Source of the DNA: Candidatus Nanopusillus sp.
GTDB taxonomy: Archaea > Nanobdellota > Nanobdellia > Nanobdellales > Nanobdellaceae
Length of the DNA stretch: 9,252 bases
Direction: 5' to 3'
Assembly (NCBI GenBank): GCA_028276785.1
Contig: JAPYVP010000022.1
Span: 1 to 9,252 of the forward strand
Part shown: one piece after another, positions 1 to 5,328 of the stretch
Numbering within the stretch: position 1 is the stretch's first letter
How the letters are laid out: each line of letters begins with the position of its first letter
The notes under the pieces: model-generated
Told to the model about the DNA's origin: nothing
What the model saw: only the letters and a program-made list of their open reading frames with translations
Database searches by the model: none
Position numbers and translations under genes: made by a program

Positions 1-4
1 AGTA

Positions 5-12
5 ATATAAAT
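5..12 (+). promoter_or_regulatory. Candidate archaeal TATA box for the tRNA-Gly transcription unit
   Basis: ATATAAAT at 5-12 has its centre about 36 nt upstream of the mature tRNA 5' end (45). That would place a TSS roughly 10 nt upstream of the tRNA. A second box, TATATTTA at 24-31, is too close to serve. The AT-rich background makes such matches common. Confidence 0.25.
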
Positions 13-44
13 AGTGTGTTAGATATATTTAGATAGAATGGAGA

Positions 45-115
45 GCGCCGGTAGTCTAGTGGTAGGACGTAGGCCTGCCTAGCCTAAGACCCGGGTTCGA
101 ATCCCGGCCGGCGCA
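45..115 (+). tRNA. tRNA-Gly (anticodon GCC), 71 nt including discriminator A; no encoded CCA, no intron
   Basis: Hand-folded cloverleaf. Acceptor stem GCGCCGG (45-51) pairs with CCGGCGC (108-114), with discriminator A115. D stem is GTCT (54-57) / GGAC (65-68) with GG in the D loop. Anticodon stem is TAGGC (70-74) / GCCTA (82-86), with loop CTGCCTA (75-81) and anticodon GCC at 77-79. The variable loop is 4 nt. T arm is CCGGG (91-95) / TTCGAAT / CCCGG (103-107). It forms a GC-rich island in AT-rich DNA. The sequence after 115 is TAAAATG, so CCA must be added post-transcriptionally. Confidence 0.93.
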
Positions 116-119
116 TAAA

Positions 120-560
120 ATGGTTCATAAAATGTCCACAGACAATTTATATGTTGAAATAAAATCTGAGAAAGATATATTAGGAATAATTAAGAGAATA
201 AAGAAAAATATATATTTACAATTATATGATGTATTGCATAATATAAAAGATCATGAAGTTAGAAGTAATAGATTGGATAGACTATTGGAAAATGTAAGGT
301 CTATAAAGGATATAATAGATGAACTATTAAATTCATTACCGGAGACAAAGGAGATAGAAGAATTATATAAAGAGATTAATTCTGAGGAATTAAATAAATT
401 AGAAATTACAGAAAAAAAGAAAACAAGGAAGAAATTAAAGATTGAAGTAATAAAAGAAGAAAATAACAAAAAAGATGATCAAATTAGAAAGGAATTGGAT
501 GAGATATCCGCTGAATTAGAAGAATTAAAGGAAGAATTGAAAAAATTAATAGAGTCTTAA
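120..560 (+). CDS. Hypothetical K/E-rich coiled-coil protein (146 aa), no recognisable family
   Basis: A 146-codon ORF is long for DNA where stop codons are frequent. The C-terminal two thirds is heptad-like and charged (EIEELYKEINSEELNKLE...ELDEISAELEELKEELKKLIES). I recognise no catalytic motif. An alternative start is Met5 at 132. It starts 5 nt after the tRNA with no TATA box of its own. Confidence 0.55.
   Translation: MVHKMSTDNLYVEIKSEKDILGIIKRIKKNIYLQLYDVLHNIKDHEVRSNRLDRLLENVRSIKDIIDELLNSLPETKEIEELYKEINSEELNKLEITEKKKTRKKLKIEVIKEENNKKDDQIRKELDEISAELEELKEELKKLIES
540..545 (-). terminator. Oligo-T (T6 on the minus strand) directly after the RNase Z stop codon
   Basis: The plus-strand A6 run at 540-545 reads as TTTTTT on the minus strand, immediately downstream of the TAA stop (548..546). 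Archaeal termination uses oligo-T tracts. The tract lies inside the coding sequence of the convergent ORF 120-560. Confidence 0.35.
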
Positions 561-1529
561 TACCTCTCCGGTTTTTTCATCATATTTGTAAGCAATTTTC
601 TTTCTCTTTAATTTTAATTCTATTTTATCTTTGTATATATTTATTTCATCAAAATCGTCCAATATATAGATATTTTCATTTTTTTCTTCAATATCCCTCC
701 TTATATTTTCCATTTCCTTTTCATATCTCTGACTAAAATGTGTCAACAATAGTATCTTGCTATTACTCCTATTAAATATTTCTCTAACTTCTAAAAAATC
801 CATATGCATATTCTTTTTTGCTAAATCTGGTTGGAAAAAATAAGTGGATTCTGATATTAATATTGTACTATCCCTTGCAAAATCTACCAATTTATCAAAA
901 AATATCGTATCAGTAATATATGTAATTTTAATTCCTTTCTTTATATATCCGACTTCTTTATAAGATATTATTTTTCCGTCTATTTCAATTTCTTTACCTT
1001 CCTTTAATTTTTTAATTAATTCTTTATCTTTTATATTATATTTTTTTAATAAATTCTTATCTAGTTTAATATAATCTTTTTCTATAATATAGTATGAATA
1101 AGAAATTATAGAATGTTTTGTCATTATTCCATATATTTGAAAATCTTCTTCATCAACTATTAGACCCTCTCTTGCTTCTATTATATTTATATCAAAGTTT
1201 ATTGGGATAATAAAATCTTCAATTACTCTTTTTAAGTTTTCTATATTTTCTTTTGGAATTATTATATTTAATTCTTTATTATAATTCATACTAGATAAAC
1301 TTTGAAAAATACCTGGTAATCCTAGCACATGATCTCCATGCCAATGTGTAATTAATATGTAATCAATATCTGTTGGTGAGATTTTCATTATCCTTAATTG
1401 TCTCTGTATATTTTCTCCACAATCTAATAAAATTCCTTTCTTATTGAATTTTATAAATATCCCTGGATGGTTTCTACTTTCAGTAGGCATTGAAGATGAA
1501 GTCCCCAATATTACTATTTTTTTCATCAT
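546..1529 (-). CDS. rnz: Ribonuclease Z (tRNA 3' endonuclease, metallo-beta-lactamase fold), 327 aa
   Basis: The N-terminus ILGTSSSMPTESRNHPGIFI...LLDCGENIQRQL matches the RNase Z pattern. The HxHxDH zinc motif is present as ITHWHGDHVLGLPG. Downstream motifs are TKHS (motif III His), ITYITDT (motif IV Asp), LISESTYF (HEAT-like, Glu retained), NMHMD (HST-like His) and LLLTHFSQRY (motif V His). About 28 aa of basic C-terminal extension follow the usual end of the fold. Confidence 0.88.
   Translation of the reverse strand: MMKKIVILGTSSSMPTESRNHPGIFIKFNKKGILLDCGENIQRQLRIMKISPTDIDYILITHWHGDHVLGLPGIFQSLSSMNYNKELNIIIPKENIENLKRVIEDFIIPINFDINIIEAREGLIVDEEDFQIYGIMTKHSIISYSYYIIEKDYIKLDKNLLKKYNIKDKELIKKLKEGKEIEIDGKIISYKEVGYIKKGIKITYITDTIFFDKLVDFARDSTILISESTYFFQPDLAKKNMHMDFLEVREIFNRSNSKILLLTHFSQRYEKEMENIRRDIEEKNENIYILDDFDEINIYKDKIELKLKRKKIAYKYDEKTGEVLRLY
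572..577 (+). terminator. Oligo-T (T6) 12 nt after the stop of ORF 120-560
   Basis: TTTTTT at 572-577 is preceded by the relatively GC-rich CCTCTCCGG. It lies inside the RNase Z C-terminal coding region on the other strand. Confidence 0.35.
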
Positions 1530-2656
1530 TAAACCTTCCAGTTCATCTTTGGAGCTCTTTCAAATATTCCATAATATATTATGTCATATATTATTACTAT
1601 TTCATATAATGGTATGTATAATATTGAAAACAGTATAAATGGGAGAAAATTGTATAGTTTTTTTCTCCTTATTGAAATTAATATGTATATGTAAGAAGAA
1701 GTTATTATTATGTATAATAAGGTTAGATATAGAATGTTGAATATTTTGAAGATAGACGAAGGACTTAATATTATTAGATATATAAAACTAATACTATTGG
1801 ATAGACTTTTATATATATCTATAGCAATTTGATATAAGAAAGAGACCGGTAAGTAAATATATATATAGGTCCATATTATGTATGGTAAATATAAAATTAG
1901 AATTATTAACAGGGCAATTAACATATTGCGCATAAAAAAATCTATCATATAATCTAGATGGTTTAATATTACTTCTATAAATCCAAAGCTCCATCTTTTT
2001 CTTTGTTCAATCCATTGTCTTAAACTTTTCAATGGTTCAATTAGTATTTTTACATTTTTTGACATATGGTATGTATATCCCTTTTTCCCTGCTTTCATAG
2101 CAAAATCTACATCTTCTACATATACTTTAGAATAACCATCTACTGCATTCCATACGCTCTTTTTAGTTGCAAATCCACTACCATTTAAGAATAAAGGTTT
2201 TTTTGTTTTATTTAATATAGGATCAATAATATCAAAATATGAAGAAAATTCTATAAACATAAGGTAACCAAGCCAACCCTTTTTAATTATTTCCTTATAG
2301 AATTCTATTATATCATATTCTTTTAATTCTTCAATAATTCCATTTATATTAATATAATCAATAATAATATCTGCATCAAAGAAAAATAAAATTTCTCCAG
2401 AAGATATTTTTACTGCATCATTAGTTGCAGAAACCTTTCCCCTTCTGTCTTTTGATATAATCAATATTATATTTTTATATTTGTTTTTTAATTCCAATAA
2501 TTTATTTAAGAAGTCATCTTCTGGCGAGTCTATTGATATTATTATTTCTTTTAGATCGTTTGGATAAGGATCTTCTAATATTTTTTGAATATTATTTTCC
2601 AAATATTTACTTTTTTTATAAATAGGAAATATAATTGATACTTTTGGGGGATCCAT
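1529..2656 (-). CDS. Family 2 glycosyltransferase, processive (cellulose/chitin/PNAG-synthase-like) type, with a C-terminal multi-pass membrane domain (375 aa)
   Basis: The N-terminal GT-A fold begins VSIIFPIYKKSKYL. Motifs are DAD at residues 94-96, ED at 181-182 (VEDVDFA) and QRKRW at residues 218-222 (the Q(Q/R)xRW motif of processive GT2 enzymes). From about residue 240 onward there are several hydrophobic helices. Its stop overlaps the RNase Z start by 1 nt (TAATG). Confidence 0.85.
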   Translation of the reverse strand: MDPPKVSIIFPIYKKSKYLENNIQKILEDPYPNDLKEIIISIDSPEDDFLNKLLELKNKYKNIILIISKDRRGKVSATNDAVKISSGEILFFFDADIIIDYININGIIEELKEYDIIEFYKEIIKKGWLGYLMFIEFSSYFDIIDPILNKTKKPLFLNGSGFATKKSVWNAVDGYSKVYVEDVDFAMKAGKKGYTYHMSKNVKILIEPLKSLRQWIEQRKRWSFGFIEVILNHLDYMIDFFMRNMLIALLIILILYLPYIIWTYIYIYLPVSFLYQIAIDIYKSLSNSISFIYLIILSPSSIFKIFNILYLTLLYIIITSSYIYILISIRRKKLYNFLPFILFSILYIPLYEIVIIYDIIYYGIFERAPKMNWKV

Positions 2657-2661
2657 AAAGA

Positions 2662-2670
2662 TTATATTTA
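2662..2670 (+). promoter_or_regulatory. Candidate TATA box for the C/D box sRNA
   Basis: TTATATTTA at 2662-2670 has its centre about 24-26 nt upstream of the predicted sRNA 5' end (about 2686-2692). On the opposite strand, a TTTAATAA box (plus 2680-2687) sits 24-31 nt upstream of the GT2 ATG (2656). The two promoters would therefore cross. Confidence 0.3.
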
Positions 2671-2685
2671 ATATTAATATTATTA

Positions 2686-2748
2686 AAAATAGTGATGAAG
2701 GTCAGAGTTAGCTGATACATGATGACATTCAGATACCTCTGACATTTT
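2686..2748 (+). ncRNA. Archaeal C/D box sRNA (dual-guide 2'-O-methylation guide RNA)
   Basis: All four boxes are perfect and in canonical order. Box C is GUGAUGA (2692-2698), followed by a 13-nt spacer (2699-2711). Box D' is CUGA (2712-2715), followed by the 3-nt UAC. Box C' is AUGAUGA (2719-2725), followed by a 13-nt spacer (2726-2738). Box D is CUGA (2739-2742). A terminal stem can form between AAAAU (2686-2690) and AUUUU (2744-2748). The core has about 22 G/C out of 52 nt by hand count, against roughly one in five in the flanking DNA. No minus-strand equivalent exists. Confidence 0.72.
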
Positions 2749-5287
2749 CTACCCTTTCTATTATCGAATATATAAAAAACAGATATAATGAAACTATTAT
2801 AAATACTGCAATATCAATTAAAGATGGTATGACAAAATCAATAATTTTTCTCAAGTTTTCAACTAAGAATATTGATACTGTGAATGTAGATAGGAACATT
2901 GATATATAATATTCTTTTGTTTTTGTTATATTTAGTGAGAATACTTTTTCATAGTGAATATATAATACCCCCTGTGCAGCTATTAAAAACAATATTATCA
3001 TATAGCTATTACTGTTTGTAGCTAAAGAAACAATTGTGGCTGTAAGTCCTACAAATATCATATTTCTTACTATTTCAAATTTCACGAATTTATCGAATAT
3101 CTTAATTTTTAGTTTTTTTAGCATTTTCTTATCTTTAACATCTGCTGATCCCATATACAACGAATTAATTGTTTGAATTACAAAATTCAATAATAATAAT
3201 TGTATAGCATGTAAAAATATTTGATCATATATAAAGAATCCAATTGAAATAAATAAAGATACTCCCATTATCATTGATAATGTTATTAAAATAAATACCT
3301 TTAGATTGTATATAATTCTTTTTCCTTCTATAATTAATTTTGTTATTTTATCTATTCCTTTATCCATTAATATAACATTTGCAGAGTCTTTTGCTATATC
3401 GGTGGCATTATAAAATGAAACACCCACATTTGATATTTTTAATGCTATAGCATCATTTGTGCCATCTCCAACAAACAATACCCTATGACCTTTATCTTTT
3501 AGTGTTTTTACTATTCTATATTTATCTAAAGGATCGGCATTTACTACAACATGATATTCTTTTAATATCTTATATAAATAATCTTCATTCAATTTCTTTA
3601 TTTCTTTTGCATCTATTATTTTATAATCTAAATTCAACATTCTTAATATTCCTAAGGTATGATCTTTATTATCTCCAGTTACTATATATATATTTATACC
3701 AATTTCTCTCAAATCTTTTATATATTCTAAAACACCTTCTCTTATCCTATCCTTTATAAATAATAATCCCAAAAATGTTATATCCTTTTCAGGTTCTTCA
3801 TCTTTCTTTATTTCTTTAATACCAATTGCTAATATTTTATAACCTCTTTTTCCATATTCATTTCCAACTTTTTCAATTTCTTCTTTATATTTATCTATTT
3901 TAAGTATTTTATTATTTATCATTATATATTTTGAAATAGATAGAAGAGAAGATGGAGATCCTTTTATTATTGCATATTTTTTATCATTATATTTTACTAT
4001 TACAGAAGATCTTTTTCTGTATGGATCAAAGTAATTTACAGAATATCTTTCCAAAAATTTAGAAATCTTTAAATATTTTGCTAGTCTATATATTGATAAA
4101 TTTATAGGATCTCCAATATTTTTTTCTATATCTATCGTTAAATAATCCTCTATTGAATTATATAAAAATATTAAAAATTCTTCTATTTTATTTATATTTA
4201 TTATTTTTGCATTAGATAGTATTTCTGCTCTATCTTCATAATATTTTATATCATAAAATTTACCATTATAAAAAATTTTATCTATAATTAATTCATTGTA
4301 TGTAATTGTACCAGTCTTATCTAAAATAACAGTATCTATATTGCTAATATCTTCCAATATATTAGGATTTTTTACATATATACGGTCTTTTTCTAATTTT
4401 AGACTACTCATTGTGTATAACAATATTAATGCTGCAGGCAATCCTTCCGGTATTACGACAATAGCAAGTGCTATTGTAAATATTATCAGTTGATATAGGT
4501 CCATCACATTTTTTATTAATAATATTATAAAAGATGTAATTATAATTATCGATATAAGTATTATCATATAATATGAAAATCTGTCCAATTCTTCTTGCAA
4601 TTGAGATTTGCCTCTTTTTTGTTTACTTATATTTTTGTATATACTCCCATAATATGTATTATTTCCAGTTGCAACTACAACACCAATTGCAATTCCTTTT
4701 ACTACATAAGTATTTTGGAATATCATATTTTTTCTTTCCTTTATTGGGATATCCTTTGGTAATACAGTATTATATTTTTTTACAGGTTCAGATTCTCCAG
4801 TTAAAGAACTCTCATCAACTTCTAGATCAGTTGATTTTATTATTCTTATATCAGCAGGGGCCCTCTGTCCATATTTTAATATAATAATATCTCCTGGAAC
4901 AATTTTTGATGATCTTATATGTTTATATTTTCCATTTCTAATAACCAATACATTACTTTCTATACCTTTTTCTAGAGATTTTATTACTTTTTCAGATTTT
5001 TTACTGTGGAAATAATCTGATACTATATATAATATTAAAAATAATGTTATTACAATACCTTCAGTAGTACCACCAAAAATAAATGATAGTATATCTGCAA
5101 CAAAAAATAATAATATAAATGGATTTTTTAAATGTTCAATTACAATTTCTAAAAAATTATTTCTTTCTAGTTTTATTCTGTTTTCTCCATATATTTTTAG
5201 TCTCTTTTCTGCTTCATAATCATCTAAACCTTTAATTGATGTATTTAACTTCTTTAATACTTCTTCAACTGGTAAAGAATGCCACAT
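2729..5287 (-). CDS. P-type cation-transporting ATPase, P2 (Ca2+/cation pump-like) subfamily, 852 aa
   Basis: There is an N-terminal cation-ATPase-N domain (WHSLPVEEVLKKLNTSIKGLDDYEAEKRLKIYGENRI). Hallmark motifs are the actuator TGES (163-166), M4 PEGLP (279-283), phosphorylation site DKTGT (323-327), KGSP (442-445), TGDN (537-540) and hinge GDGTNDAIALK (607-617). About 10 hydrophobic segments are present. Confidence 0.92.
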   Translation of the reverse strand: MWHSLPVEEVLKKLNTSIKGLDDYEAEKRLKIYGENRIKLERNNFLEIVIEHLKNPFILLFFVADILSFIFGGTTEGIVITLFLILYIVSDYFHSKKSEKVIKSLEKGIESNVLVIRNGKYKHIRSSKIVPGDIIILKYGQRAPADIRIIKSTDLEVDESSLTGESEPVKKYNTVLPKDIPIKERKNMIFQNTYVVKGIAIGVVVATGNNTYYGSIYKNISKQKRGKSQLQEELDRFSYYMIILISIIIITSFIILLIKNVMDLYQLIIFTIALAIVVIPEGLPAALILLYTMSSLKLEKDRIYVKNPNILEDISNIDTVILDKTGTITYNELIIDKIFYNGKFYDIKYYEDRAEILSNAKIININKIEEFLIFLYNSIEDYLTIDIEKNIGDPINLSIYRLAKYLKISKFLERYSVNYFDPYRKRSSVIVKYNDKKYAIIKGSPSSLLSISKYIMINNKILKIDKYKEEIEKVGNEYGKRGYKILAIGIKEIKKDEEPEKDITFLGLLFIKDRIREGVLEYIKDLREIGINIYIVTGDNKDHTLGILRMLNLDYKIIDAKEIKKLNEDYLYKILKEYHVVVNADPLDKYRIVKTLKDKGHRVLFVGDGTNDAIALKISNVGVSFYNATDIAKDSANVILMDKGIDKITKLIIEGKRIIYNLKVFILITLSMIMGVSLFISIGFFIYDQIFLHAIQLLLLNFVIQTINSLYMGSADVKDKKMLKKLKIKIFDKFVKFEIVRNMIFVGLTATIVSLATNSNSYMIILFLIAAQGVLYIHYEKVFSLNITKTKEYYISMFLSTFTVSIFLVENLRKIIDFVIPSLIDIAVFIIVSLYLFFIYSIIERVENVRGI

Positions 5288-5295
5288 TATAAATT

Positions 5296-5303
5296 TTTAT
5301 AAA
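5296..5303 (+). promoter_or_regulatory. TATA box (TTTATAAA) for tpiA
   Basis: It lies 26-33 nt upstream of the tpiA ATG (5329), which implies a leaderless or near-leaderless mRNA. No SD-like motif is present. Confidence 0.45.
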
Positions 5304-5312
5304 TTTGCGAAT

Positions 5313-5320
5313 TTTATAAA
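5313..5320 (-). promoter_or_regulatory. TATA box (palindromic TTTATAAA) for the P-type ATPase gene
   Basis: It lies 26-33 nt upstream of the ATPase ATG (5287, minus strand). This is the exact mirror of the tpiA box spacing. Confidence 0.45.
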
Positions 5321-5328
5321 TTATAATA

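Noticed and set aside
120-134. Whether the 146-aa ORF really starts at 120 rather than at Met5 (132)
   Set aside because: This cannot be decided from the sequence. Both starts are downstream of the tRNA and lack a promoter, so the co-transcription inference is unaffected. The longest ORF was kept.
251-469. 72-aa ORF on the minus strand inside the coiled-coil ORF
   Set aside because: It is a low-complexity F/S/L/N-rich translation of the antisense of a K/E-rich gene. This is a typical shadow ORF, with no motif and no room for its own promoter.
95-600. Integrated element or att site at the tRNA-Gly 3' end, since an unknown ORF sits directly after a tRNA
   Set aside because: I found no direct repeat of the tRNA 3' half (GTTCGAATCCCGGCCGGCGCA) anywhere in the window; only 5-6 nt CCGG-containing matches occur. 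There is no integrase, and the neighbouring genes are housekeeping.
1444-1994. ORFs 1444-1638 (+) and 1809-1994 (-) overlapping rnz and the GT2 gene
   Set aside because: They are fully nested in, or out of frame with, well-supported genes. Their sequences are low-complexity and hydrophobic with no motifs, so they are treated as chance ORFs.
2726-2738. Resemblance of the D guide (UUCAGAUACCU) to the conserved 16S rRNA segment GAUUAGAUACCC
   Set aside because: The similarity is in the same sense as the rRNA, not complementary, so it cannot be a guide-target duplex. It is also only a partial match, recalled from memory.
2701-2743. 7-bp inverted repeat GTCAGAG / CTCTGAC with a 29-nt loop, first read as a terminator hairpin for the ATPase gene
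   Set aside because: The loop is too long for a terminator, and archaeal termination relies on oligo-T (a T5 on the minus strand at 2689..2685 is available). The region is better explained by the C/D box sRNA. The pairing is kept only as a possible alternative fold of that RNA.
3457-4884. Three plus-strand ORFs (3457-3759, 4296-4493, 4573-4884) antisense to the P-type ATPase
   Set aside because: They are L/F/Y/I-rich antisense translations of a strongly supported 852-aa gene. No start context, TATA box or domain signature is present.
4907-4912. Additional UGAUGA hits (4907-4912 and 8684-8690 on the plus strand, and several TCATCA sites for the minus strand) as further C/D sRNA candidates
   Set aside because: All lie inside coding sequence. 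None has a CUGA at 10-14 nt, a second C'/D' pair, or a terminal stem.
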